From: Candidatus Marinacidobacterales bacterium
GTDB taxonomy: Bacteria > Acidobacteriota > Vicinamibacteria > Marinacidobacterales > SMYC01
DNA: 64,000 nt
Direction: 5' to 3'
Assembly: GCA_965224085.1 (NCBI GenBank)
Contig: CBDCYI010000009.1
Location: forward strand, 352,001-416,000
Shown here: positions 48,480-59,099 of the stretch, piece after piece
Position numbering within the stretch: the stretch's first letter is position 1
Layout of the letters: each line of letters starts with the position of its first letter
Position numbers and translations under genes: made by a program
The notes under the pieces: model-generated
The model's input: only the letters and a program-made list of their open reading frames with translations
What the model was told of the DNA's origin: nothing
Databases searched by the model: none

Positions 48480-49929
48480 GAACCAGGCCATTCGGAACGT
48501 TGGCCGACATCTGACGGGAGGCCGCCGGATGTATGTTCCCGAGCTAATGCCTTACACCGGGGAGCGGGCGCGAGCGATCCTGAAGGCGCTGGCGGATACG
48601 GAGAGCATATTGAATCAAGGGAGGCGGAACTTGACAGAGCCGGTTCCCGAGCTGGCCGACATTGCACTTCGCCATCCGGGAGGCGGTTACTACACGGAAG
48701 GGGGTGAGCTCGAGCATATCGTTTCCAACTCTCGAAAGTGGGCGGAGCTCACCGCCGAGCATTTTCCCGAGCCCGAGGCTGGCGAGCTCGTCTCCGCTGC
48801 GGTGGAGGCGGCAAAGCATCTGCTCGATTTCGGCAACTGGCTCGAACAGAGCCGCGATCGGATGACCGGTCGGTATTTCCTCGACGAAAGGTTGATCAAC
48901 TGGTACGAGCGGCACGTTCATCTCGTTCCATACACGACCGGCGAGCTCCGGTTGATGGCCGAGATGGAGCGGGCTCGCTCGCTCTCCTACCTCCAGTTCG
49001 AGAAGCACAAGAACAGACACCTGCCGAACATCGCGCCGGCGAAGACTTACGAGGAGTATCTCGCCTGGGATGACGAGACCGGGCTGATGCTTCGGCGCTG
49101 GTACAAGGAGCATGGTGAAGACCTCCTCAGTGACCGGGACTACCTCCGGGAAATTCGTTCTGAAGACGGCCTCTATCTCATGCCTTTCGGTCTCATTGCC
49201 TTCCCCTATGAAGAGAAGCCGGGGGTCGATCGCATTCTCCTCGTGCCGGCGGACCACTGGCGGGCCCGGATGTCCAACATGGGATTCCGAACCGATCCTG
49301 GCGTCCTGCACGGCCATGAGTACTGGCCCGGCCATACCTATGAGGGGGAAATCCACCGGCGGAACCCGTGTCCCGTTCGCCGCGGCCATCGTGACGGCGT
49401 CCACAGCCAGGGTTGGTGCTTCTACCACGAGGAGCTGCCCGTGGCCCTCGACTTTCCCTTCGTGCGGGGACCGCGAGCTCGCGAGCTCCCCTACATCAAC
49501 ATGCTGCAGCGGGCGGAGCGAATCTTGCTGGGGTTGGAGCTTCTCACGGGCAAAATAACAACCGACGAAGCCTTCGTCGCTTTTCAGGAACGGGTTCCCC
49601 CTCTCGCCTCGGGTTTGGGCGCGGCAAGGGAAGAGGCCTTCGAGGAGATGGAAGGAGTCCTGGTGCGCGGGCTGGACCACTGTCAAACGGGCAAGCTACA
49701 GATCTTCAAGCTGCTGGCAGATCGCAAGATGCAACTCAAGGACCAGTTCAATCTCAAGACTTTCCACGATGAGCTCATCACGCTGGGCTCGGTGCCCATT
49801 TCTTTGCTGAGATGGGAGATAGCTGGACTCGACGACGAGGTTCAAAAAGTATGGGAGCCGACGAGACTCTCTGTGGTGTTGCAGGCCCGATCGGCGGACA
49901 ACGCTAACGGCGGCCCTGCCAGCAGGTGA
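48085..49929 (+). CDS. DUF885 family protein, copy 3, secreted
   Basis: HEYWPGH, QGWCFY, FNLKTFHDELITLGSVP; 5' end near-identical to copy 2, diverged after about 48480. Confidence 0.85.
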   Translation: MNKLSRVISPGAVILVVGILLVSLPAGLKAQGEAWSPVDVPGPDEHPAELIQLTEEFRAILGWGSGVPDYAGTAGRQKEKLPEFRARLEALDTSDWSVHEKIDYLLLRSEMDRLEFDLYVWRQTSRNPSFYVNQAIRNVGRHLTGGRRMYVPELMPYTGERARAILKALADTESILNQGRRNLTEPVPELADIALRHPGGGYYTEGGELEHIVSNSRKWAELTAEHFPEPEAGELVSAAVEAAKHLLDFGNWLEQSRDRMTGRYFLDERLINWYERHVHLVPYTTGELRLMAEMERARSLSYLQFEKHKNRHLPNIAPAKTYEEYLAWDDETGLMLRRWYKEHGEDLLSDRDYLREIRSEDGLYLMPFGLIAFPYEEKPGVDRILLVPADHWRARMSNMGFRTDPGVLHGHEYWPGHTYEGEIHRRNPCPVRRGHRDGVHSQGWCFYHEELPVALDFPFVRGPRARELPYINMLQRAERILLGLELLTGKITTDEAFVAFQERVPPLASGLGAAREEAFEEMEGVLVRGLDHCQTGKLQIFKLLADRKMQLKDQFNLKTFHDELITLGSVPISLLRWEIAGLDDEVQKVWEPTRLSVVLQARSADNANGGPASR

Positions 49930-50143
49930 AGACAAGCGCGAGCGCGCGATCCAGAGCTGACGGGGCCTGAAAACCCTGGCCAAGACAGAGGTCAACCGGG
50001 CGGCGTCGCGTCGGAGAGCCATGGGGTCCGCCAGCTCACGCTCGTTTCCACCCATGCACGATGCTCACCGAACGACCTTGGAAAAGAACAGGTTAGCCCA
50101 AAACAATCTCGCCACTTCGACGGTCGCCACAAAGTAACAACGC

Positions 50144-52129
50144 ATGACGGGCCAAAGAGACGGAGCTCTCGAGAAAAGCAAGATCCCAGGCACGCAGAAG
50201 GACCTGAAGCCAAGCCAGCAGAGAAAGCTGACCGGCGTTTACGCTCGGGTGGCGTGGACCTGCGCGGTGTCCTTGCCGGTACTGACCCTCTGGTGCGCGT
50301 TCTCCGGCTGGTGGGACGCCATGACCCGGAGCGCCGGCCACCTCATGATCGCCGTCCCGCTCGTTTATCTGTACTACCCCGCGAGAAAACGCAGCTTTGA
50401 TCGGGTCACTGCCGTCGACGTCTTCCTTGCCGCTCTCAGTTTTGTGGCTTTTGGTTGGATCGTCGTCAGCCAAAACAGGCTGATGTGGCGTCTCGTCTAC
50501 GTGGATCCTCTCACTTGGCCCGACTTCATACTGGGAATCGCGGCGATCGTAGTGGTGCTCGAAGCGACACGACGAATTATCGGTTGGGCTCTCGTGATCA
50601 CGGCGCTCGTGTTTCTGTTCTACGCTCTCGCCGGCCCCATCATGCCGGGAGTGCTCCAACACCAAGGGGTGCGCCTGTCGCTGCTGATCGACCATCTCTA
50701 CATGGTACCGGAAGGATTGTTCAACATCCTCATGGGCATCATGGCGACCTATTTGTTTACCTTTCTTACTTTCGCGAGCCTTTTGCAAGTAGCAGGCGGA
50801 ACCCGCATCGTGATGGACTTGGCGGTAGCTCTAGGAGGCAGTTTCGTGGGCGGGCCGGCCAAGGTGGCGGTGGTGAGCAGCGCAATGATGGGCATGGTGT
50901 CGGGAAGCACTAGTGCCAACGCGGTGACCACCGGCTCGATCACCATCCCGCTGATGAAACGTCATGGATTCCGCCCGGTGGAGGCGGGGGCGGTCGAGAC
51001 CGCCTCCGGCGTCGGCGGTGCCCTGATGCCTCCCATCATGGGTGCGGGCGTGTTCATCATGTCGGAGCTCACCGGTATTCCTCTTCTTACTATCCTCTTG
51101 TACTCGATCCTTCCCGCCATACTCTATTTTGGCAGTGTCTTTGCCTATGTCCACATCAAAGCCGCCAAGCGGGGCTTGGCAGGCTCCGATTCCGCGGCAG
51201 CGATCACGGTAACATCCGCGCTCAAACAAGGCGCGCATCTGATCGTTCCTCTGGGGCTTTTGGTATGGATGCTGGTGGCGGGCTACACCCCCTTCTACGC
51301 TTCCTCGGTGAGTGTCTTGGCACTGATAGCTATCAGTTTCCTTCGCGAAGATACTCGGCTCACTCCCACTCGTCTAGCTAAGGGCTTCGAGCTTACCACC
51401 CGAGGTGCCTTCATTCTTTCAGTCATGTCGGCCGTCGCCGCCACGGTGATGGGCGTCATAACCAGCACGGGATTGATGTTGAAGATCACCTCCATCACCC
51501 TGGCTTTCTCCAATGGGTCGCTACTGATCGGGACCCTTCTCGTGGCCTTCATCTCCTTCATCATCGGCATGGGCCTTCCGGTAACGATGGGTTACATCCT
51601 CATTTCGACCCTGGCTGCTCCGGCACTGAGCGATCTGGGCGCCTCCTTACTGGTTGCTCATCTAGTGATCTTCTGGTTCTCACAAGTGGCTACCATCACG
51701 CCTCCCCTGTGCAACACCGCTTTTGTTGCTGCGGCGATCGCCCGCGCTCCGCCCATGCGCACCGGGTGGGAAGCGCTTCGGGTCGCCAAAGCGCTCTACG
51801 TGATACCGTTCATGCTTGTGTACTCGCACCTGATCACCGGCAGTATTGCCTCGATTCTCTACGACTTTGTGGCGGCATTTCTAGCCCTAGGACTCCTGCC
51901 GTCCATAGAAATGGGCTACCTTCACGGTCCTCTCTCAATGCCGGCGAGGACGACACTGGCGGCGGCAGCAGCCATGTCTCTCGTCGCCTGCTTCGCGCCG
52001 ACGATGGCGGCTAGCGCCCCATGGATGATCGGAGGTCTGCTGCTTTCTGTAGGAGTTTTTATCTATCAACACCGCGTGGGAACGGTCGCTGCCATGGACG
52101 CGGCCGCGGATTCTTACCCGGATCGTTGA
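50144..52129 (+). CDS. TRAP transporter fused 4TM/12TM permease (TAXI type)
   Basis: GGPAKVAVVSS, SGS..AN.VTTG..TIPLM, MPPIMGAG.FIM, GMGLP, ITPP. Confidence 0.93.
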   Translation: MTGQRDGALEKSKIPGTQKDLKPSQQRKLTGVYARVAWTCAVSLPVLTLWCAFSGWWDAMTRSAGHLMIAVPLVYLYYPARKRSFDRVTAVDVFLAALSFVAFGWIVVSQNRLMWRLVYVDPLTWPDFILGIAAIVVVLEATRRIIGWALVITALVFLFYALAGPIMPGVLQHQGVRLSLLIDHLYMVPEGLFNILMGIMATYLFTFLTFASLLQVAGGTRIVMDLAVALGGSFVGGPAKVAVVSSAMMGMVSGSTSANAVTTGSITIPLMKRHGFRPVEAGAVETASGVGGALMPPIMGAGVFIMSELTGIPLLTILLYSILPAILYFGSVFAYVHIKAAKRGLAGSDSAAAITVTSALKQGAHLIVPLGLLVWMLVAGYTPFYASSVSVLALIAISFLREDTRLTPTRLAKGFELTTRGAFILSVMSAVAATVMGVITSTGLMLKITSITLAFSNGSLLIGTLLVAFISFIIGMGLPVTMGYILISTLAAPALSDLGASLLVAHLVIFWFSQVATITPPLCNTAFVAAAIARAPPMRTGWEALRVAKALYVIPFMLVYSHLITGSIASILYDFVAAFLALGLLPSIEMGYLHGPLSMPARTTLAAAAAMSLVACFAPTMAASAPWMIGGLLLSVGVFIYQHRVGTVAAMDAAADSYPDR

Positions 52130-52153
52130 CATGAAACCAACGTAGGAGCAAAG

Positions 52154-53454
52154 ATGTCCAAGCCCAGGCGAAGTATCTGCGTGTTGACTCTCATGGCCGT
52201 GTGGATCATGACCGGCGCGGCGAGCGGGAGCCCCTCTCAGCCGGACGCGACGTTGGACGATGTGCTGAATCACATCACCAAAGACCAGGTCATCGAGTTG
52301 ACGCGCTCGCTCATCAAGATCCTCAGCGACTACAGTGAAGGTACCGCTGCCAATCATAACGAGATAGCCGACTACCTGGCCGAAAGGCTCAGGGGTATGG
52401 ATGTGAAGATCCTCGAACCGGAGCCTCATTACCCGATCGTCATAGGTCGGTTGAAGGGCTCTACGGGCAAGCCGGTGCTGGGGGTCATGGGGCACTACAA
52501 TACGGTTCCGGTGGGTGATCGGGAGCGCTGGACTTTCGATCCCTTTGAGGGCGTGATCAAAGGCAACAAACTGTATGGTCGGGGCGCCGCCGATCAAAAA
52601 GGCGGCATTGCCGCGGTGCTCGTGGCCACCCAGGCGATTCTCGATGCCGGTGTCCCGCTTCGGGGAGACCTGGTCCATGCCTATATACCCGGCGAAGGCG
52701 CCCAGGATCACGTGCTTCCCCACGTCGTAGACAATCAACCCGAGCTCATCAAGACCGATTGGTACCTGGACACCGACGGTGGGCCCGATATCATTCAGAT
52801 CGCAGCGGGGCACATCTGGCTCAAGATGACCGTCGAGGGCAAGTCGGCTCACCCCGGAGGCAGCCAACCTTGGGTGAATGCAGCCCTACAAGCTAGCCAA
52901 GGTGCTGATCGCCATCGAGGATATCGATAGCTGTGACGTACGAGCAGCATCCCCTTTTTACCAGCTTGGAGGGCAAACCTCGCGTCCAAGTCGGAACTCT
53001 GAACGCGGGCACGGCGGTCAACCAAATCCCCGACGTCGCGGAAGCGCAGATTGACATCCGTCTCAATCCGAAACAGACCGTAGAGGGCGTGATGGGCGAG
53101 CTCAATGGCGTTCTCGATAGACTGAAAAAGGAAGACCCCGAGCTCGAATTGACCCTCGAGAAGCTACCGGGAACGCAGCACGTTCCTTACCACCACTGGG
53201 CAGCCATCACCCCGGACGAGCCGCTGGTCAAGGTGATCCGTGAGATCGCGGCCGCACGAATGGGACGCGAGCCCGGCTTTCGGGGGAGTCGGGGCGGCGG
53301 CCGACCTGACCTATGGCGTATTGGCACCAAATGGATCAGCTGGAGCGCCAACGTGGGTGAGAACGAACATGCGCCGGACGAGTGGGTCGACATCGACGCG
53401 CTGTATCGCTCCGCTCAGATCTACGCCGAGATTATCTTGAGAATGGTGCAGTGA
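52154..53454 (+). pseudogene. M20 family (ArgE/DapE-like) metallohydrolase with signal peptide, two frameshifts
   Basis: GHYNTVP, YGRGAADQKGG, GEG, GKSAH, N.IPD, HAPDEWV; shifts near 52886 and 52933 may be sequencing errors. Confidence 0.8.
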
Positions 53455-53455
53455 A

Positions 53456-54613
53456 GTGAGTCCGACTGCCCCAAAGCCGCCACGGGACGTACCTGCTGAC
53501 GTGCACATTCGCAGCGTCTCGGTAACGCCCTATCGTATCCCGTACCGTCGCGTTCACTGGCAAGCCATAGGATCTCTGAATGCCATGGAGAACGTACTCA
53601 TCCGCATCGAGACCGACGTCGGTGTCACCGGAATCGGGGAGGCTCTCTCAACCAACAAATTCAATTCGAACACCCTCATGGGTACGGCGGTTGCGATCCG
53701 CGACTGCCTGGGCCCGGCGATTGTCGGCGAGAACCCGTTCAATGTCGCAGACATATGGGAGCGCATGAATCGTGCCCGGATCGGAGAGCTCTTCGCCAAG
53801 GGCGGGATAGACATGGCGCTTTACGACCTAATGGGCAAGCTCCTGGGTGTTCCGGTGTGGGTGCTTCTGGGTGGTAGCGTAGTCGATTCAATCGACGTCG
53901 AAGGACCCGGGTATGGGATCGGCATCATGTCCCCGGAGGAAATGGCGGAAGCGGCGCGTCGTGCCGTCGACCATGGCCTCCACCAAATCGAGATCAAGAT
54001 CTCCGGAAATTTTCAGGATGACGTAGAGCGCCTTCGAAAGGTGAGACAAGCGATCGGCCCGGGACCTTCTTTGAAAATCGATATGACCGAGGGGTACTCC
54101 GTAAAAGAGGCCATTCGAGCTATCCGTGCTCTCGAGGAACATGGGGTCGATTGGATCGAACAGCCGGTTCATCACACGCTTCTAGATGGGCTGAGGGAGA
54201 TACGGCAATCCGTCACCGCGCCCATCGTCGTGGATGAAAGCGCCACGACTCTCGAGGACCTCCTGGCGGTGATTCGAGCCGGAGCTGCCGACGGAGTCCA
54301 CATCAAACTGCCGGTGGTGGGCGGCTTCACCATGGCCCAAAAGATGCTCGCCTTGACCGAGGCCGCCCAACTAAAGGCGCTTCCGGGAAGCGACACCGCC
54401 TCGGGAATCGGCATCGCCGCGGTCAGACACTTCGCCGCATCATCGCCATTGTTTTGTCGCGGTATTCATGGCTCGCCCCTCGCTCGGACGACGCACGACC
54501 TGGTCCGGGATCCGATTCCGGAAAGCGCCACCAAGCTGAGCGTGCCCAAAGACTCGGGGCTTGGGGTGGAGCTGGACGAAGAAAAGCTCGAAAGGTTTTC
54601 GGTCACGTTCTAA
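53456..54613 (+). CDS. Enolase superfamily, mandelate racemase/muconate lactonizing subgroup
   Basis: G.GE, IDMALYDL.GK..G.PV..LLGG, metal ligands ID/WIEQP/VDES, GLGVELDE. Confidence 0.9.
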   Translation: MSPTAPKPPRDVPADVHIRSVSVTPYRIPYRRVHWQAIGSLNAMENVLIRIETDVGVTGIGEALSTNKFNSNTLMGTAVAIRDCLGPAIVGENPFNVADIWERMNRARIGELFAKGGIDMALYDLMGKLLGVPVWVLLGGSVVDSIDVEGPGYGIGIMSPEEMAEAARRAVDHGLHQIEIKISGNFQDDVERLRKVRQAIGPGPSLKIDMTEGYSVKEAIRAIRALEEHGVDWIEQPVHHTLLDGLREIRQSVTAPIVVDESATTLEDLLAVIRAGAADGVHIKLPVVGGFTMAQKMLALTEAAQLKALPGSDTASGIGIAAVRHFAASSPLFCRGIHGSPLARTTHDLVRDPIPESATKLSVPKDSGLGVELDEEKLERFSVTF

Positions 54614-54619
54614 TACGCT

Positions 54620-55636
54620 ATGCACAACCTTTTGCTCTCCCTTCTAGCCGCTATTGGCATCTTGGCCTTAGCGTGCGACCAAGCGACTCGAGACGGGAAA
54701 CCCCCGCCACCTCGCACCAACATCATCACCGGGAGTACCGGAAGCACCTGGTATACCATCGGTTCCGGCCTGGCGGAAAAAGCCAACCTTTCTTTTGATG
54801 GACACCCGATTACCGCCGTTCCCGGCGCCGGTGGTGTGTCCAACCCGGTCCGCGTTTCAATGACCGGCATGGATCTCGGCATCTCCTACGGTCCGTTCCT
54901 TCAAGGGGCCTACCGTGGGGAGCCCCCTTTTCGTGAGGCCTATCCCGAGCTCCGTTTGGTGGCCAAACTGATCGTGAACACATTGCACCTCTTCGCCAAC
55001 CCAAAGCTGAACCTTGAGACGGCTGCCGACATAAAGACATTGGATGGAAGTGCGAGGATCGGTAGCGGATTGCCGGGGTCGGGTGAGCTTTTCTGCTTGA
55101 GAGCCGTTTTGAGCGTGCTCGGCGCCGACTTAGAGGAGTGGCAGGTCGACGGCCCGGTGCTGAGGCTGGCGGCGACTAGTCAGAGGTTCAACGATTGGAA
55201 AGATGGGCGTCTCGAGCTTGCCATGACTTTCGTGAACGATCCCTCCCCGCCTCTGACCGAGCTCATGTTCACGCGGCCCGGACGGTTTCTAGCCATGCCG
55301 GAAGAGCTTCTCCCTGTCCTTCGACAGCGGTGGGGTTTCGTCGAAATCCTGGTGCCGGCTGGCGCCTACCCAAACCAGGAGCACGAGGTAAGGACAGTTG
55401 GCTTACCCAGCATTCTTTTTACCGTCAAGGATGTGGATGACGAAATCGTATACGCCGCAACGAAAGCGCTCTACGAGAACCAAGCTTATATGAAGAAAGT
55501 ACACCCGGGATTCGAGCACTGGGAGCCTGCTGATTTGCCCGCGGACGTTGAGGTTCCCTTCCATGCTGGTGCGATTCAGTACTACCAGGAGCGGGGCTTA
55601 ATGGATATCGACCCGCAAAATCTCGAGGAAAACTAG
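54620..55636 (+). CDS. TAXI family TRAP solute-binding lipoprotein
   Basis: TGSTGSTWY..G, GG.SN, G.PGSG, PAGAYPNQ, VPFHAGA..YY; LALAC lipobox. Confidence 0.92.
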   Translation: MHNLLLSLLAAIGILALACDQATRDGKPPPPRTNIITGSTGSTWYTIGSGLAEKANLSFDGHPITAVPGAGGVSNPVRVSMTGMDLGISYGPFLQGAYRGEPPFREAYPELRLVAKLIVNTLHLFANPKLNLETAADIKTLDGSARIGSGLPGSGELFCLRAVLSVLGADLEEWQVDGPVLRLAATSQRFNDWKDGRLELAMTFVNDPSPPLTELMFTRPGRFLAMPEELLPVLRQRWGFVEILVPAGAYPNQEHEVRTVGLPSILFTVKDVDDEIVYAATKALYENQAYMKKVHPGFEHWEPADLPADVEVPFHAGAIQYYQERGLMDIDPQNLEEN

Positions 55637-55821
55637 TGTTTCTCGCGATCCATGACGCCGCCATGGGCAAAGAGCTTAGGGTCGAACTCATCGAACCTGA
55701 CGGTAACACTGCTTGGGCTGACTTTGGCCACGGCGACGACGGCTTCTGTAATACGTCTCGCCAACTCTCGCCTCTGCTCGTCAGAGCGCGTGTTGAACCA
55801 CTCAACCCTGATTCGTGGCAT
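55633..55821 (-). CDS. 4-oxalocrotonate tautomerase family protein
   Basis: Pro-1, RSDEQRREL...IT.A, V.V.F.E, terminal GG; GGAG RBS. Confidence 0.9.
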   Translation of the reverse strand: MPRIRVEWFNTRSDEQRRELARRITEAVVAVAKVSPSSVTVRFDEFDPKLFAHGGVMDREKH

Positions 55822-55904
55822 CGCTCCTCCCCCCTGGTGTCCAAGCGGTTCAGGGTAGCACGACTATGATTTCTTGCACAAGAGATCTCTTGAGGAGGCA
55901 AACC

Positions 55905-56699
55905 ATGGAAATTTATCCATTCAAGGTACGATTCATCCTATTGGCAGTGGCTGGGTGCGCGCTTGTGGGGTCCGACCCGGCTCGGGCTCAGTGCCGGAAC
56001 GGGGCGTGGAAAGTCGAAAAGAAAAATCTAAGCAGCGGCTCGGTCAACCCGGGAGAGAGATTGGATATTTTCTACGGCTCGTACTGGGCGCACCTAGGGC
56101 TTTCCGGCGAAGCGCGTATCTCAGAGCTTCGCTTCGTCGAAGAACCAGGTAAGTTCAAGCTGGTACATAGTTGGCATCCGGAGCGCGTGGGCGAAGTCCG
56201 GGATCGAAGCACTGGATGGGAGGAGACTTGCAAAGGCAATCGGATGGTGCAGACCAGCCTTCAAGAGCCAATGGAAGGAGGCAGAGACAAAGTCCAATAC
56301 GTTTATACACGACTGCCAACTCGACCGAGCAGTCTCGACGGCGTCTGGAAAGTGCAAATCGAGAACAAGAGCAGTCAATCACGGCTGCACAACGAGATCA
56401 CCGTGATTCGCTTTGGAAACCACGTGGCTTGGTTCCACCAACCCGAGGGGGAGGCGCTCACATCGGCTCTCGTCCAATTGGTCTCGGCGAACAAATGGAA
56501 GGTTCTGCTCAGCACCCAAGAGACAGATGTAAATAGCACCGTAGATCTCTCCATCGACCGTGGCGAAGAACATCGAGCCTCAGCACGGATCATTCAGTGG
56601 ACCGCAGCCAGTGATTTTCAGCTGGGGATGTTTACGATCAAGAAAGGAGATCGCGTCTCAGCCACGTGCTCGCCAGTGGACGATGAGGCCCAAGAGTGA
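55905..56699 (+). CDS. Hypothetical secreted protein with two internal repeats
   Basis: GAGGAGG RBS, signal peptide; NGAWKVEKKNL and DGVWKVQIENK repeat starts. Confidence 0.7.
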   Translation: MEIYPFKVRFILLAVAGCALVGSDPARAQCRNGAWKVEKKNLSSGSVNPGERLDIFYGSYWAHLGLSGEARISELRFVEEPGKFKLVHSWHPERVGEVRDRSTGWEETCKGNRMVQTSLQEPMEGGRDKVQYVYTRLPTRPSSLDGVWKVQIENKSSQSRLHNEITVIRFGNHVAWFHQPEGEALTSALVQLVSANKWKVLLSTQETDVNSTVDLSIDRGEEHRASARIIQWTAASDFQLGMFTIKKGDRVSATCSPVDDEAQE

Positions 56700-56821
56700 A
56701 ATCCGCTCTCAGCCCTTTACGGAAACGCGGCGCATGAACGCCTTCATGCGCTTAGCCGCTCCCTTCCCCGCGGAAGTTTGGCACACTTCTTTATTTCTCT
56801 GTAAACGAGAGGAGGAATGAA

Positions 56822-57577
56822 ATGAGATTTTTTCTTAGTGGGTCTTTTACCCTAACTGCTGTGCTTTTCTGCTTCCACTTGTTGAAAGCACAGGACGAAA
56901 CCACGAACCCGAACGGCGTTTTCCGATACGACATCAAGAATCTGACCACGGGAAAAGTGGAGGTGGAAAACGCAAAGTCGATTGTCTACGGTCGCTACCG
57001 TGCCTACTTCGGGCACGGTCCCGCCGGCCTGTATCATCAAAAAGCTCCACACAAGGATTTTCGGTTGATGCATACGAGCCCGGAACAGGTAGGACAACCT
57101 CTGGACATGTCCCGGGACTATAAAGAAAGATGGGAGGGACATGGAAAGCTGATAATCACTCACACGGGCATCGCGGGCAGGCGTGAAGGTCAAAGTATTC
57201 AGCGAACCTTGAGACGCATTCCGTCCCTATCTAGCGAAATCGACGGTGCGTGGCGAGTCGAGGTCAAAGACCTGACGGAACCGTCCGTAAAAGCAGGGGA
57301 GCACGTGGTGGTGAGAATGGGCGAATACGCGGGATTTTTTGTGCAAAACGAGGGTGCTCCTCTACATGCCATATATGCAGAGGAGGTCTCGCCCAACAAA
57401 TACCGCGTACTGTTCAGCACGCAAAGTGAAGAATCAGGAAGTTACCTGAACTTCTCAAAGGAGTATGACGGCCACTGGAGTGACCATAGATGGGTAGAGA
57501 ACTTCGTTGCCGCAGGTACTTTTCTTGGTCACCCGGGACACAGGATCCAACGCACTTACTCCCGTATGCCGAATTGA
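56822..57577 (+). CDS. Hypothetical secreted protein, paralogue of 55905-56699
   Basis: GAGGAGG RBS, signal peptide; NGVFRYDIKNL and DGAWRVEVKDL; VSPNKYRVLFSTQ matches VSANKWKVLLSTQ. Confidence 0.72.
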   Translation: MRFFLSGSFTLTAVLFCFHLLKAQDETTNPNGVFRYDIKNLTTGKVEVENAKSIVYGRYRAYFGHGPAGLYHQKAPHKDFRLMHTSPEQVGQPLDMSRDYKERWEGHGKLIITHTGIAGRREGQSIQRTLRRIPSLSSEIDGAWRVEVKDLTEPSVKAGEHVVVRMGEYAGFFVQNEGAPLHAIYAEEVSPNKYRVLFSTQSEESGSYLNFSKEYDGHWSDHRWVENFVAAGTFLGHPGHRIQRTYSRMPN

Positions 57578-57866
57578 GATGGCTTTTGCTCTTGTTCTGT
57601 TTCATCCGCATTCGTAGTGAGGTAGACATACGAAGGTCCTTTCGTGGGATTTCGTGTTCGTTTTGCAAACCCACGTTAACCCGGTGACCAGCACTCGCGG
57701 GAACCTGGCGACGACCCGCCCCAAGCTCCGCACAATAGAGAAACCGATGAGACGCGCTATTCTGCTAGCTATCTTCGCCTAGTAAAGATCGGGCGTTTGC
57801 CCGTAAGAGACACCGACGAGAGGCGATCAGTGAAGGTACAATCGCTGCTCCAGACTGGAGGCCATC

Positions 57867-58825
57867 ATGAAGCTCCGGTATTCATCGAACCCTTCGCCGT
57901 CACCCTTGTCCTTGGCGGGTGCTTGCTCGTCACCATGAGCGTCGAGGCGCAAGAGGCGACAACGTCGGCAGAGTACGACTACACCCGAGATGCGGAACTG
58001 GCGTCGCGGCTCGATCTCGACAACCCGGATCCGGACGAGATTCGGCGCATCTTCGCGCGTCGGCGGGCACGCGTGCTCCACGCCATTCCCGACGGAGCGA
58101 TGCTCGTGTTCTCCGCCGAACGATCCCAGCCGAGGCGGCTCGAGTTTCAGGTGCCCCACAGCGAGAATCACGACTTCATCTTCCTGACTGACGTCGAAGG
58201 ACTCGACAGCTACGACTCGGCGATTCTCCTCGTTCCCACCGAGGAGAAGGACTGGGTGGTTCTGTACACGTCGGCCGATGTCGAAGCCATGCGGTCGGTC
58301 ATTGGCATCGAGGAGGTTCGCCCTTTTCCGGAGCTCGAAGAAGACCTCTCGGTGGCGCTCACCGACTACCGCGACTGGCGCATCACCCAGATCCGCCGGT
58401 GGCCGCTTCCCGCCGCGCTCTCGAAGACCTGGAGTCGTGACGGCACGGTCCTCTATCTCAACTATCCGCGCTTCCTGCGACTGGGGATGCCCGCGGCTCG
58501 CGTACTTCGAGAGGCTGAAGCGATTCTCGCCCGAGCTCGACATTCGCGATTCGGGCGACATCCTGGACGCGGTCCGGATGCTCCACGACGCCTACGGCCT
58601 CGCCTCGCTCCGGCGCGCGGTGGCGATCACCGGGAAAGGGATCGTCGAGGGTTTGCGGGCGATGCGCCCCGGCCTTACCGAAAAGCACGTCATGGAGATC
58701 ATGGACTTCGTCTACCGGTATCGGGGAGGGATCCTGGGATTCCCGACCGCGGTCCGAAAAATGCCGATGGCCGGTCCGAAGCACCGCCGGGCGGTTCCCG
58801 ATGGCTTCATCCAGTTCGTTCCCCG
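57867..58825 (+). pseudogene. Aminopeptidase P (M24B) N-terminal part, frameshifted and truncated
   Basis: FARRRARV, ENHDFIFLT, LRRAVAIT..G, MRPGLTE; frameshift near 58495; ends at an IS remnant. Confidence 0.72.
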
Positions 58826-59070
58826 CGTTTTTTTTGGACGGCACGCCGTCCGCCACCCTTTCGCCGAACCCCGTCGAGCGCAACATTTCTCGTTAGCAAT
58901 TCCCTACGACCTCTGGCTACCGTGCTCGGATCCATCCCGAGCAGTTCGGCAATCTGTTGGTCGCCACCGTGACCGAGCTTCATGGCCTCGACTCCCGCGT
59001 ACAGACGGCGCTGCTTTTCATCGAGCAGGCTGTAGAAAAGAACGATCGCAGCCTTCAACTCCGCGGGGAG
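58826..59070 (-). mobile_element. ISAzo13-like transposase N-terminal remnant
   Basis: LDEKQRRLYAG.EA.KLGHGG...IA..LG....TVARGRREL...RRKGGGR, followed by an A8 run. Confidence 0.75.
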
Positions 59071-59099
59071 CACGCGGACTCCCCCGACCCAGCCCAGCG

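Noticed and set aside
40606-49929. Diversity-generating retroelement (RTs next to diversified repeated genes)
   Set aside because: Both RTs lie within complete group II introns with YADD and domains V/VI. DUF885 differences involve all bases and an indel, not adenine-specific changes, and there is no short TR/VR pair.
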